Below, piece after piece: positions 1 to 9,242 of a stretch of 33,267 bases of DNA. Source of the DNA: Thermoanaerobaculia bacterium (GTDB taxonomy: Bacteria; Acidobacteriota; Thermoanaerobaculia; Multivoradales; UBA5704); assembly GCA_035603475.1 (NCBI GenBank), contig DATNKH010000499.1:1-33267 (forward strand). Reading direction: 5' to 3'. Position 1 is the stretch's first letter, and the number at the start of each line of letters is the position of its first letter. The position numbers and the translations under genes are program-made. The notes beneath the pieces were generated by a model, which was not told the origin of the DNA, searched no databases, and was given only the letters and a program-made list of their open reading frames with translations.

Positions 1-405
1 GACCTGGCGGTAGCGGTCGAGCTCCGACCACGTCGTGGTCGAGCCTCCCGTGATCTGCATCCCGTAGGCCGTATGGCTGTAGACCGGTGCCGCGGGCGCG
101 TGCTCGACACGGATGCGGCTCCAATCGCCATCCAGCTCCTCGTTGAGCAGCATCGGCAGGGTCGTCCAGATGCCCTGGCCCATCTCGGAGTGGGCGAGGA
201 GCACCGTGACGCTCTCGTCGCTGCCGATCCTCAGGAAGGCGTTGGCGGGCGGCAGAGCCGGCGGCGCCGCGGCGGCACCCTGGGCGAACGCCAGGCGCCG
301 CATGCCGGCCGGCACGAAGAAGCCGACCACCAGGCCGCCGCCGAGGACCGCCGAGGTCTGCAGGAACGCGCGCCGGGAGAGGCCGGTGCCGGTACGGGAT
401 CGCAT
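1..405 (-). CDS. Molybdopterin-binding large (beta) subunit of an IorAB / aldehyde-oxidoreductase-type enzyme, N-terminal fragment (gene continues past window start)
   Basis: Own translation of the minus strand from ATG 405-403: MRSRTGTGLSRRAFLQTSAVLGGGLVVGFFVPAG...FLRIGSDESVTVLLAHSEMGQGIWTTLPMLLNEELDGDW. Twin-arginine signal SRRAFL. Starts 3 nt after the stop of the 2Fe-2S subunit gene. Absent from the ORF track because it has no stop inside the window. Confidence 0.8.
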   Translation of the reverse strand, partial: MRSRTGTGLSRRAFLQTSAVLGGGLVVGFFVPAGMRRLAFAQGAAAAPPALPPANAFLRIGSDESVTVLLAHSEMGQGIWTTLPMLLNEELDGDWSRIRVEHAPAAPVYSHTAYGMQITGGSTTTWSELDRYRQV

Positions 406-408
406 GGC

Positions 409-864
409 TCACCCCTCCTGGAGCTCTGCCGCGCGGTGCACGGCGCTGCGGATGCGCTGGTAGGTCCCGCAGCGGCAGAGGTTGCCGCTCAGGGCGGCGT
501 CGATGTCGGCGTCGGTGGGGCTCGGCTTGGCGCGCAGCAGGGCGACCGCGGCCAGAATCTGGCCGGACTGGCAGTAGCCGCACTGCACGACGTCGATCTC
601 GGTCCAGGCCCGCTGCACCGGGTGGTCGCCGCGCGCGCCCAGGCCCTCGATGGTGGTGACCGCCCGTCCCGCGATGGCGGCGGCCGGGCGCACGCACGAG
701 CGGATCGGCTGGCCGTCCACCAGCACGGTGCAGGCGCCGCACAGGGCCATGCCGCAGCCGTACTTGGTGCCCGTCAAGCCGAGCACGTCGCGCAGCACCC
801 AGAGCAGCGGCATGTCCTCGGCAACGAAGACCTCGTGCTCGGTGCCATTGACCAGCAGCTTCAT
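409..864 (-). CDS. (2Fe-2S)-binding small (alpha) subunit of an IorAB / xanthine-dehydrogenase-family oxidoreductase
   Basis: 151-aa ORF with the Cys clusters typical of [2Fe-2S] small subunits ([28 protein letters not shown]). SD GGGAGGT lies 6 nt upstream of ATG 864. Confidence 0.9.
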   Translation of the reverse strand: MKLLVNGTEHEVFVAEDMPLLWVLRDVLGLTGTKYGCGMALCGACTVLVDGQPIRSCVRPAAAIAGRAVTTIEGLGARGDHPVQRAWTEIDVVQCGYCQSGQILAAVALLRAKPSPTDADIDAALSGNLCRCGTYQRIRSAVHRAAELQEG

Positions 865-937
865 CGTCGCACCTCCCGGACCTTCAAAAGGGCTTCGGAT
901 CTTTGGTCTCGAGGCTCTTCAGGAGCTCTCGCACCAT

Positions 938-1369
938 TCAAATTTTTTGTTTTGGCGACAAGCCTGCTGCTGGCGGAAACTTGTCTCCGAACATTGGCCG
1001 GCCGCTCTTGGACGATTCGCGGGTGGCCTCGTCTTCGATCACGTCCCAGTGCTCGACGAGGACTCCGTCTTTGATGCGCACGATGTCCGCTGCGATCCAG
1101 TTCACCGGCAAGCCCATGCCCGAGAAGCGCCCATGCACGATGACGAGGTCGCCCTCCGCGACGATCTCTCCAGGTTCATACTTCAGAGTTGGCGGGATGC
1201 TCTTGATGAGGTTGAACAGGCCATCGCGACCAGGTTCGATATGAGCGCTGTGCTGAATGTAGGCAGGCGACCAATAGCGCTCGGCCGCCACGTAGTCGCG
1301 CTTGTTGAACAGCGTGTCGAAAGCTTCCAGGACGAGCGTCTTGTTCTTCTCTTCAAGCGTCTGACTCAT
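938..1369 (-). CDS. SnoaL-like / NTF2-fold protein (predicted ester cyclase family)
   Basis: MSQTLEEKNKTLVLEAFDTLFNKRDYVAAERYWSPAYIQHSAH...VEHWDV is a typical SnoaL-like pattern. ATG 1369 is preceded by GGAGGACGAAAA. The ORF stays open to 1567, and an alternative ATG at 1513 would add a hydrophobic signal-like N-terminus. Confidence 0.7.
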   Translation of the reverse strand: MSQTLEEKNKTLVLEAFDTLFNKRDYVAAERYWSPAYIQHSAHIEPGRDGLFNLIKSIPPTLKYEPGEIVAEGDLVIVHGRFSGMGLPVNWIAADIVRIKDGVLVEHWDVIEDEATRESSKSGRPMFGDKFPPAAGLSPKQKI

Positions 1370-1743
1370 TTTTCGTCCTCCGTCCCCGATTCCCCCTGCC
1401 GCGATCGAAGGCAAGAGGGCCGCCAGAGCGAGTGCCGCGAACAGGGTGGCCGTGTACAGGCCGGGCTGGCTCGTGCTCGATGCCATACTGCGGGTTGACG
1501 TTGCGCGGATCATGATTGCTCCTCTCTGGCCACGGATTCTCCCGCACCGCCGGACGGAGGGCGTCACGAGTCCGAGTTATCTTCTGTTACCTACGAGGTG
1601 GGGATCGGGCGTACCACGATCGTTGTAGACACTGCGGGCATCGACGTTGCGGCTCGAGCCGTGACTGCAACAGGTCCGAGCCGACCGCACGGCCCCGGGC
1701 GAGAAGGTGATCGCCCGCGGACGGGGGTGATAATCTCGCGCTC

Positions 1744-4700
1744 ATGGGAGGTCCTGGACGGCGCGGCTGTCTGGCTCCGCTGGCTCTACTGGCGGCTGGC
1801 TTGACGATCGCAGTTCCGGCCAACGCGCTCGACCCGCAGAAATCGCTCAGCCAGTTCTCGCACACGTCGTGGTCCGCGAAGGACGGCATTCCCGGGCCTG
1901 TCCGCGCGATTGCTCAGGGCCGCGACGGCTATCTGTGGCTGGGCACGGAAGCCGGCCTGTACCGATTCGACGGCCTTCGTTTCATTCCGTGGGAGCCGAC
2001 TGCCGGCGAACGGCTCCCCAGCTCCGCGATCTGGTCGATGTGCACCGCCCGCGATGGCAGCCTGTGGATCGGATTTGGCTCGGGCGCGGTCAGCCGCCTT
2101 CGCGATGGCCGCTTGCGGAACTATTCGCCCGCAGAGGTGGTGCGCGGCGGCGGCATCCTATCGCTGGCAGAAGATGGCAACGGCGCGGTGTGGGCGGCGG
2201 CACGGTACGGGTTCAGCAGGTTTTCCGGCCGCAAGTGGCAGGGGGTGGGAAAGGAACTGGGTTATCCCGCCGCCGCGGCCCAATCTCTGCTGGTGGATCG
2301 CCGCGGCAACCTCTGGGTGGCCACCGACGGCTTGAACTTCGGGCTCGGCAGCGACCCGGTGCGCGCCAACACCATCCTCACTCTCGCCCCGGGCGCCAAA
2401 CGCTTCGCCGCCACGGGCCAAGCCGTAGGCATGGTCTGGACGATGGCCGAGGCGCCGGATGGCGAGGTGTGGATCGCCGACACCACCGGCCGGACGGCGA
2501 GGCCGCTCGACGGCCGGCGCAGGCCGCAGGCCGCCGTCGCGACGGGCGCGGAGTCGATGTGCCTGCTCTTCGACGGCGACCGGAGCCTCTGGATCGGGCT
2601 CATCGAAGGCGGGATCCGCCGCAGCGCCGACCGCCAACGGCTGGACGGCGCCGCCCTCGACCGGTTCCAGACCAGCGACGGGCTCTCCGGCGGCCTGGTC
2701 TACGCCGCTTTCAAGGACCGGGAAGGCAACGTTTGGTTCGGGACGGCCGGGGGCCTGGACCGCTTTCGCGAGAATCGAGTCACGTCCTTCTCCGCGGCGG
2801 AGGGCCTGGTGCCGGATCAACAGCTGGCCTTGGCCGCCGCCAGGGACGGCAGCGTCTGGATCGTCAGCAATGCGCGTGACGTCGTGCAGCGGGTCCTCTC
2901 GGGGCGGATCGTGGCCACTCGGCTCCCGGCCTACTCGCGGTCGGACTCGGCGCGCATCCTCAGCCTCTACGCCGACAGGAACGGAGAGATCTGGCTGGGA
3001 GGCAATTTCAAGCTGGCCAGGGAAACCGGCGGGCGGTTCTCCTATGTGCCGGGCGCGGACAGCGATCACCAGGCGATGGTGGATGCCATCGCCGACGACG
3101 CCGCCGGCAATCTCTGGATCACCCAATTCGGAGGCGACAGCGCCCCGCCGCATGTGCTGCGGCTGCGACATGGCGCTTGGACGGCGTTCGGCGCCAGCTC
3201 GGGTCTCCCCGGCTACCGGTGCCGGGCCGTCCATGGCGATGCGGCCGGGCGCGTCTGGCTGGGATTCGAGGATGGTGAGGTCGCGGTCTACGAAGGCGGG
3301 GCCTTCCGCGTGTATGCCGCGAAGGACGGCCTTCCCGACGGCAGGGTGCTGACGATCACCAGCGACCGTGCGGGCCGCGTCTGGATCGGCGGCGAAGGAG
3401 GACTGAGCCGCTTCGATCACGGACGTTTCGTCACGCTGACGCGGGACAACGGCCTGCCGGGAAGCTCGGTGGCGGGAATCGTCGAGGACGACGACGGCTT
3501 CCTCTGGCTCGCCGGCTCGCTCGCCATCCTCCGCGTGCGGCCGCAAGAGCTGGAGAAGGCGGCAACGTCTCTCGCCTATCGGCTGCACGGTGAAGCTTTC
3601 GACGCGACCGATGGGCTGCGTGGCCTGCCGCGACAACGCGAGCCCTATCCGACGGCGGCGCGAGCAGCCGACGGCCGGCTCTGGTTCGCCACCACCGGCG
3701 GCGTGGCCGTGATCGATCCGCGGCGCCTGCCCAGGAACCTGGTGCCGCCGCCGGTCACGATCGAAGCGGTCGCGGCCGATGCGCAGATGCTGGCCGCCGT
3801 TCCCGGCTTGCGCCTGCGGCCCCACACCCGGGAGCTCGAGTTTCACTACGCGGCTCTCAGCTTGACCGCTCCGGAACGCGTCCGCTTCCTCTACAAGCTC
3901 GAAGGCTATGACGACCGCTGGCACGGTCCAATTGGCTCCCGAGAGATCAGGTTCACCAACCTGGCACCTCGGAGCTATCGGTTCCGCCTCGTCGCCTGTA
4001 ACAACGACGGCGTCTGGAACGCCGCCGGAGCCGCGCTCGGCTTCAGCATCATGCCCGCGTACTACCAGACCGGCTGGTTCGGTCTCCTGTGTGCCATCGC
4101 CGCCGGGTGCCTGGCCTGGGCGGGCTATCGCTGGCGGGTGCGGCAACTCGCGGCGCGCCTCGACCTGCGTTTCGCGGAGCGGCTCGCCGAACGCACGCGT
4201 ATCGCACAGGACCTGCACGACACGCTGTTGCAGGGATTGCTCAGCGCCGCCATGCAGCTGCACGTAGCCCACGACCAGGTGGCCCCGGAGTCGCCGGCGA
4301 AACCTCTCGTCGCCCGCGTGCTCGAGTTGATGCGGCGGGTCAGCGACGAGGGCCGCAACGCCGTTCGCGGCCTGCGCGCGCCCGCCAGCAACTCCCTCGA
4401 TCTCGCCGAGGCCTTCGCCCGGGTCCCGCAACAGCTCGGCGGCGAAGCGGCAATCGGGTTCCGGGTCATTGCGGCAGGCCAGCAACGCCCGCTGCAACCG
4501 CTGATCCGCGACGAGGTCTACCGCATCGGCTGGGAAGCGCTGGCCAATGCGTTCCGGCACTCCCAGGCGAGCGAGATCGAGGTCGAGCTCGACTATGCGG
4601 CCCATCACCTGCGCCTCCTGGTCCGCGACAACGGCCGTGGGATCGACGCCTCCGTGCTGCGCGCGGGCCGTGACGGCCACTGGGGCTTGTCGGGGATGCG

Positions 4701-4959
4701 CGAGCGGGCGGAAGCTCTCGGCGCCAGCTTCAAGGTCTTGAGCCGTCCTGCCGCGGGGACCGAGATCTTGCTCTCCGTCCCCGGCCCGATCGCCTTCCAG
4801 CACCGCCCTCCGGACCGCCGCCTTGCGGACCGCCTCGGCAGGTGGTGGCGCGGACTCTACCCGCGCCGGGCGGGAGCAGGCGATGCCGCCACCGGCAAGC
4901 GTCCAGCAAGAAGTGCCGCGACTGGCGACAGGCGGAGCCGCGGCCGAGCGGGCCGATGA
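1744..4959 (+). CDS. Sensor histidine kinase with periplasmic two-component-regulator-propeller / Y_Y_Y type sensor, HisKA_3 and HATPase_c
   Basis: 1071-aa ORF. Signal peptide, repeated propeller motifs (DGxLWxGTxxGLxRFDG-like, several copies), one TM (WFGLLCAIAAGCLAWAGY), H-box RIAQDLHDTLLQ and ATPase motifs DNGRGID / GLSGMRERA. Stop TGA overlaps the regulator start (ATGA at 4956-4959). Confidence 0.9.
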   Translation: MGGPGRRGCLAPLALLAAGLTIAVPANALDPQKSLSQFSHTSWSAKDGIPGPVRAIAQGRDGYLWLGTEAGLYRFDGLRFIPWEPTAGERLPSSAIWSMCTARDGSLWIGFGSGAVSRLRDGRLRNYSPAEVVRGGGILSLAEDGNGAVWAAARYGFSRFSGRKWQGVGKELGYPAAAAQSLLVDRRGNLWVATDGLNFGLGSDPVRANTILTLAPGAKRFAATGQAVGMVWTMAEAPDGEVWIADTTGRTARPLDGRRRPQAAVATGAESMCLLFDGDRSLWIGLIEGGIRRSADRQRLDGAALDRFQTSDGLSGGLVYAAFKDREGNVWFGTAGGLDRFRENRVTSFSAAEGLVPDQQLALAAARDGSVWIVSNARDVVQRVLSGRIVATRLPAYSRSDSARILSLYADRNGEIWLGGNFKLARETGGRFSYVPGADSDHQAMVDAIADDAAGNLWITQFGGDSAPPHVLRLRHGAWTAFGASSGLPGYRCRAVHGDAAGRVWLGFEDGEVAVYEGGAFRVYAAKDGLPDGRVLTITSDRAGRVWIGGEGGLSRFDHGRFVTLTRDNGLPGSSVAGIVEDDDGFLWLAGSLAILRVRPQELEKAATSLAYRLHGEAFDATDGLRGLPRQREPYPTAARAADGRLWFATTGGVAVIDPRRLPRNLVPPPVTIEAVAADAQMLAAVPGLRLRPHTRELEFHYAALSLTAPERVRFLYKLEGYDDRWHGPIGSREIRFTNLAPRSYRFRLVACNNDGVWNAAGAALGFSIMPAYYQTGWFGLLCAIAAGCLAWAGYRWRVRQLAARLDLRFAERLAERTRIAQDLHDTLLQGLLSAAMQLHVAHDQVAPESPAKPLVARVLELMRRVSDEGRNAVRGLRAPASNSLDLAEAFARVPQQLGGEAAIGFRVIAAGQQRPLQPLIRDEVYRIGWEALANAFRHSQASEIEVELDYAAHHLRLLVRDNGRGIDASVLRAGRDGHWGLSGMRERAEALGASFKVLSRPAAGTEILLSVPGPIAFQHRPPDRRLADRLGRWWRGLYPRRAGAGDAATGKRPARSAATGDRRSRGRAGR

Positions 4960-5585
4960 ACGAACCCACCCGCATCCGTGTCCTCAGCGTGGATGATCAT
5001 CCACTCCTGCACGAGGGGCTCGCCACCGTCCTCGACCATCAGCCGGACATGCTGCTGGTGGCCGCGGCGGCCAGCGGCCACGAGGCCATCCAGCGGTTTC
5101 GGGAGCACCAGCCCGACGTCACCCTGATGGACCTGAGGCTGCCGGACATGAGCGGCATCGATGCCTTGATCGCCATCCGGACGGATTTTCCCGGCGCCCG
5201 CATCATCATGTTGACGACCTTCGAAGGTGACGTCGACATCCAGCGTGCCCTGGCCGCGGGAGCGTCCGGCTACCTGCTGAAGAGCATGCCGCCGGGAGAC
5301 CTGGTCGAGGCGATCCGCCACGTCCACGCCGGGAAGAAGCGCATCCCTCCCTGGGTCGCCGCCCAGCTCGCGGAACATTTCAGCGACGAGACCTTGACCA
5401 GGCGCGAAGTCGAAGTGCTGCAGCAGCTCGCCTCCGGGAGCCGGAATCGCGAGATCGCGGACCGCCTCGGCATCACGGAGGAGACCGTCAAGGTCCATGT
5501 CAAGCACGTCATGGAGAAGCTGGGCGCCAAGGATCGCACCGCGGCGGTGGCGATCGCGATCCGCCGCGGAATCATCCAGCTGTAG
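4956..5585 (+). CDS. NarL/FixJ (LuxR-type HTH) response regulator
   Basis: Internal ATG of ORF 4842..5585 gives MNEPTRIRVLSVDDHPLL..., a REC domain (DVTLMDLRLPDMSG) and a LuxR HTH (LTRREVEVLQQLASGSRNREIADRLGITEETVKVHVKHVMEKLG). ATGA overlap with the kinase gene. Confidence 0.92.
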   Translation: MNEPTRIRVLSVDDHPLLHEGLATVLDHQPDMLLVAAAASGHEAIQRFREHQPDVTLMDLRLPDMSGIDALIAIRTDFPGARIIMLTTFEGDVDIQRALAAGASGYLLKSMPPGDLVEAIRHVHAGKKRIPPWVAAQLAEHFSDETLTRREVEVLQQLASGSRNREIADRLGITEETVKVHVKHVMEKLGAKDRTAAVAIAIRRGIIQL

Positions 5586-5674
5586 AGCGGCCTACCCCGC
5601 GCGGCCTACGACAAAAGTGGTACGCACCCATCCCCCGGCACGGGGATGCGCTCGAGGAGCGCAGCCCTCATGCT

Positions 5675-6124
5675 ATGCGAGAGGCGGCGAGGAGATCGAA
5701 TCTGCAAAGGCCTTTTTTCGTGTTTCCCGGCGGGTGGCCCGGCACCGGTCTGCTGCTGTTGCGGGCGACCGTCGGCCTCACCGCGGTCATCCAGGGAGTA
5801 AGTCTGCTGGCCGGCCGCGCCTCCTCGGCACTGGGGCCGCTGGCTTTCGGCCTGGCGGCGACGGTGGGCGGAGCCGCGCTCCTGGCCGGGCTTCTCACAC
5901 CGGTAGCCGGCGCCCTGGTGGGGCTGGGAGCGATCGGCAAACTGCTCTCGGGGCCGCCGGTATCCATCGCCAACCTCATGGACAGCAGGCTGGCGGTCGT
6001 TTTCCTGGTGATCATGACCGCCGCCGTCGTTCTCCTGGGGCCGGGCGCCTGCTCGCTCGACGCCCGGCTGTTCGGGCGCCGCGAGATCGTCATTCCTCGC
6101 GCTGACCGGGCGCCGAAGGCCTGA
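5675..6124 (+). CDS. DoxX-like small integral membrane protein
   Basis: 149 aa with 3-4 hydrophobic helices. GLLLLRATVGL near the N-terminus and LLGPGACSLDARLFG near the C-terminus resemble DoxX-family signatures. Start codon uncertain. Confidence 0.6.
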   Translation: MREAARRSNLQRPFFVFPGGWPGTGLLLLRATVGLTAVIQGVSLLAGRASSALGPLAFGLAATVGGAALLAGLLTPVAGALVGLGAIGKLLSGPPVSIANLMDSRLAVVFLVIMTAAVVLLGPGACSLDARLFGRREIVIPRADRAPKA

Positions 6125-6267
6125 CCGTGAAGTCAAATCGGACCGAGCCCCGGTCGCCGGAGAGAGGTATTGCCAGGGAGGGGGGAGGGCAGGGACCGCG
6201 GTCGGGCTAAGATCCGGCCTGACGAAGATCGATCTGTGGATCAACCGCACCAACCCGGAGAGAAACC

Positions 6268-7008
6268 ATGCCCGTGACCCAACATCGCAACCTGCAAGAC
6301 CAGAAGGCCCTCGTGACGGGCGCGACGTCCGGCCTCGGCCGCGCGATCGCATTGCAACTGGCCCGCGACGGCGCCGAGGTCGTCGTCCACGGCCGCGACG
6401 AGGCACGCGGCGCCGAGACCGTCGAGGCGATCCAGGCCGGCGGTGGGCGCGCCCGGTTCGTGGCGGCCGATCTCGCCGATCCCGCTCATATCAAGCGCCT
6501 GGCGAAAGAGGCCGGCGAGATCGACATCCTCGTCAACAACGCCGGGTTCTCGGTATGGGGGCCGACCGCAGATTTCGACATCGCGAGCTTCGATGCCATG
6601 TTTGCCAGCAACGTCCGCGCACCGTTCTATCTCGTCGCCGCGTTGGCGCCGGCGATGGCAGCCCGCGGCACCGGCAGCATCATCAACATCAGCAGCATGG
6701 CCGGCCGTCTCGGCCTGTCCGGCGGCGCGGCTTACGGGGCCACCAAAGCCGCCCTTGCATCGTTGACGCAAGCATGGGCCGCTGAATTCAGCCCACACGG
6801 CGTCAGGGTCAACGCCGTCGCAGCCGGCCCGATCTACACGCGAGCCGCGGCACGCGAGCTGTTCGACACCCTCGGAGCCACCACGCCACTCAAGCGCGCC
6901 GCCGACCCCGCGGAAATTGCCGAGGTCGTGGCATTCCTGGCCTCACCCCGCGCAAGTTATGTCACCGGCGCCATCGTCGCCGCCGACGGCGGTCGCACCG
7001 CGATCTAG
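6268..7008 (+). CDS. Short-chain dehydrogenase/reductase (SDR, FabG-like)
   Basis: TGATSGLGRAIA (TGxxxGxG), NNAG and YGATK (YxxxK) motifs. GGAGAG SD upstream of ATG 6268. Confidence 0.9.
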   Translation: MPVTQHRNLQDQKALVTGATSGLGRAIALQLARDGAEVVVHGRDEARGAETVEAIQAGGGRARFVAADLADPAHIKRLAKEAGEIDILVNNAGFSVWGPTADFDIASFDAMFASNVRAPFYLVAALAPAMAARGTGSIINISSMAGRLGLSGGAAYGATKAALASLTQAWAAEFSPHGVRVNAVAAGPIYTRAAARELFDTLGATTPLKRAADPAEIAEVVAFLASPRASYVTGAIVAADGGRTAI

Positions 7009-7095
7009 GACGATCGAAACGAGACGGAACGAGCCTAACACGCGTCTCGGCAGCAGCTGTACCATGATGGCCTCATTCAGAACGGGAGCCCAGAC

Positions 7096-8013
7096 ATGCG
7101 AAGGTTCGCCCAGGTAACACTCAGCGCCTCGCTCCTCGCCATGCTCGCGATGCCCGCGCTGGCTCAAGTCCAGCCGTTCCCTCCCGGCTTCAAGAGCGAG
7201 ACGATCTCCACGAACGGCACTCGCATCTTCGTGCGGGTCGGCGGCCATGGGCCGGCGGTCGTCCTGCTCCATGGCTATGGGGAGACCGGGGACATGTGGG
7301 CGCCGCTCGCCGCCAAGCTCGCGCACGACCACACTGTGATCGTGCCGGACCTGCGTGGCATGGGCCTCTCCTCCCATCCGGCCGGCGGTTACGACAAGAA
7401 GACGCAAGCCGCTGACGTCGCCGGCGTGCTCGACGCGTTGAAGGTCGACAAGGTCGAGCTCGTCACTCACGACATCGGCAACATGGTCGGCTACGCCTTC
7501 GCGGCGGAGCAGCCCGCTCGCGTCACGAAGTTCGCCCTGCTGGACGCCCCGCTGCCGGGCGTGGGCCCCTGGGACGAGATCCTCAAGAGCCCGCTGCTGT
7601 GGCACTTCCGCTTCGGCGGTCCGGACATGGAACGGCTGGTCAAGGGCCGCGAGCGAATTTATCTCGACCGCTTCTGGAACGATTTCTCTGCCGATCCGAA
7701 ATCGTTCGACGAAGCCTCACGCCAGCACTACTCCAAGCTCTATGCCCGCCCCGGCGCCATGCATTCCGGCTTCGAGCAATTCAAGGCTTTCGACCAGGAC
7801 GTTATCGACAACAAGGCGTACCTCGCGAAGGGCCCGCTCCCGATGCCGGTCCTGGCCATCGGCGGCGAGAAGTCGTTCGGCTCGACGATGGCCGTCGTCA
7901 TGCGCGCCGCCGCCACGAATGTCCAAGAAGTGGTCATTCCCCAGTCGGGGCACTGGCTGATGGAAGAGAAGCCGGCGGCGACGATCGCGGCCATCACGGA
8001 GTTCCTCCAATGA
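7096..8013 (+). CDS. Secreted alpha/beta-fold hydrolase (epoxide hydrolase / dehalogenase-like, Asp nucleophile)
   Basis: Signal peptide MRRFAQVTLSASLLAMLAMPALA, HGYGET oxyanion region, nucleophile elbow THDIGNMVGY (Asp nucleophile type) and a C-terminal SGHWLMEE His motif. Confidence 0.88.
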   Translation: MRRFAQVTLSASLLAMLAMPALAQVQPFPPGFKSETISTNGTRIFVRVGGHGPAVVLLHGYGETGDMWAPLAAKLAHDHTVIVPDLRGMGLSSHPAGGYDKKTQAADVAGVLDALKVDKVELVTHDIGNMVGYAFAAEQPARVTKFALLDAPLPGVGPWDEILKSPLLWHFRFGGPDMERLVKGRERIYLDRFWNDFSADPKSFDEASRQHYSKLYARPGAMHSGFEQFKAFDQDVIDNKAYLAKGPLPMPVLAIGGEKSFGSTMAVVMRAAATNVQEVVIPQSGHWLMEEKPAATIAAITEFLQ

Positions 8014-8077
8014 CCGCGCCCGCAAGACCTCGGACCTGCGGCCTTCGCCCGCCGCGCCTCCACCTGAAACGAAGAAA

Positions 8078-8737
8078 TCATGTGGGCCGCCGGCGCCTTT
8101 CCGCGTCGAGCCGCATCGCTGCGGCGACGAGCGGCTTGGCCCAGGTAGGAGTGGCCCTCAGGTCGCGGGGAGCCACGATCCTCCCGCGCCTCGAGTGGAG
8201 GAGGAGCACCGGGACCGGCGCGGCGCCGAGGTCGGGATCGGCGTTGGCACTGTTGTCGTAGACGCGCAGCTCCGTCAGCTTGGGAAGGAGACGAATCACG
8301 TTCAGACGGCCCGTCTCCCAGCGCCGGCGGATATCCGCCTCGGGGATGTCGTGCCCGCCCTTGGCGACCCGAGCGCGAACTCGCTCGAGATGCAGTTCTG
8401 GGCTGCTCAAGCCCACGTACCAGACGCGCACCTCGATGCCGAGCGAAGCCGCGCCGGCGAGAAGTGCCGGAATCGTAGTCGCCCCAAGAGTCGATTCGAA
8501 GGCGAGGTCGAGCCGCTCGGCGATCGCTCGCTCCAAGAGCCGCTTTCCCTGGCGCCACGCGGCGCTGTTCGCGTCATCCTGGGTGACGCGCGGATCTGCG
8601 GAGCGGATTCGGCGCGCCGCCTCGTCCGGGTTGAAGTAGTCCGCGCCGGTCTCGCGCAGCATGGCCCCGGCGATGCTGCTCTTCCCGGCCCCGTTCGTTC
8701 CGGCGAGAACGTAGATCCGGGAAGGCCGGCTAGCCAC
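8078..8737 (-). CDS. Zeta-toxin-family P-loop kinase (COG4185-like), type II toxin
   Basis: The conserved part starts at GTG 8737: VASRPSRIYVLAGTNGAGKSSIAG (Walker A) ...DLAFESTLG... The GTG overlaps the stop of the upstream Phd-like gene by 8 nt. The longer ORF to 8884 is antisense-overlap extension. Confidence 0.8.
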   Translation of the reverse strand: MASRPSRIYVLAGTNGAGKSSIAGAMLRETGADYFNPDEAARRIRSADPRVTQDDANSAAWRQGKRLLERAIAERLDLAFESTLGATTIPALLAGAASLGIEVRVWYVGLSSPELHLERVRARVAKGGHDIPEADIRRRWETGRLNVIRLLPKLTELRVYDNSANADPDLGAAPVPVLLLHSRRGRIVAPRDLRATPTWAKPLVAAAMRLDAERRRRPT

Positions 8738-9035
8738 GCTTCTTCGCCGCCGCGACCGCGGCCCGGCCGAGCCGAGCGGGCGTGGCGTTGAAGGCGTCTG
8801 CCATCCCCCGGCGTGCCGTCGATGTCTGCATGCGCGCGAGGAGCTCGTCGAACTCGCCGGTGAGTGTGTCGAGCGTCCGCTCACCGGCCGCGACCAGCGC
8901 GTCGAACTCGCCGATCGCCAGCAGCACTGCCTTCGGGGCGTCGTGCCGGGTGATCACGACGGCGCCCTTCTCGAGGGCGGTGTCGAGGACGCGGCCGAAC
9001 TCGTTCTTGGCGTCCGTCGCGGTGAACGTCGGCAT
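8730..9035 (-). CDS. Phd/YefM-family type II antitoxin
   Basis: MPTFTATDAKNEFGRVLDTALEKGAVVITRHDAPKAVLLAIGEFDAL is the canonical Phd/YefM N-terminal fold pattern. The ORF is also open from ATG 9080 (15 extra residues), so the start is ambiguous. Confidence 0.8.
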   Translation of the reverse strand: MPTFTATDAKNEFGRVLDTALEKGAVVITRHDAPKAVLLAIGEFDALVAAGERTLDTLTGEFDELLARMQTSTARRGMADAFNATPARLGRAAVAAAKKRG

Positions 9036-9082
9036 CGCTGCCCGTTCGCCCCCGCGGTGGTGGGAGATCGGTTTAGCCATGG

Positions 9083-9099
9083 TTGGCTATTATAGCCAA
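9083..9099 (-). promoter_or_regulatory. Perfect 8+1+8 palindrome TTGGCTAT-T-ATAGCCAA containing a consensus TATAAT on the minus strand; probable autoregulated TA promoter/operator
   Basis: Base-by-base pairing of 9083-9090 with 9092-9099 checked. On the minus strand it reads TTGGCTATAATAGCCAA, with TATAAT at 9094-9089. It lies 2 nt upstream of ATG 9080 and 47 nt upstream of ATG 9035. No good -35 seen. Confidence 0.45.
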
Positions 9100-9242
9100 T
9101 CTGGACGAGGGGGAACGGTCGCCGAAGAGCCAGTTTGCCGGAGGGAGCAGGTCCGCCACCCGCGGCCCTGCCAGAGGGGGGTTCCCGGAGGCTAGCGAGC
9201 CAAAGAGTAGATCCAAAGTCCAAGAACTTGCGACGCGACCGC

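Noticed and set aside
73-1498. Plus-strand ORFs 73..1074 (333 aa) and 650..1498 (282 aa)
   Set aside because: Antisense to the IorB fragment, IorA and the SnoaL-like gene, all of which have clear motifs and SDs on the minus strand.
2158-4803. 881-aa ORF on the minus strand
   Set aside because: It is fully antisense to the well-supported sensor kinase gene. The translation is Arg/Ala/Gly/Pro-rich with no recognisable motifs. Long stop-free antisense frames are expected at this GC content.
5629-5662. Two adjacent short GC hairpins (CATCCCC-6 nt-GGGGATG; GCGCTC-gag-GAGCGC) after the response-regulator gene
   Set aside because: The stems are short, no U-tract follows, and such hairpins arise by chance in GC-rich DNA. 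They are not reported as a terminator.
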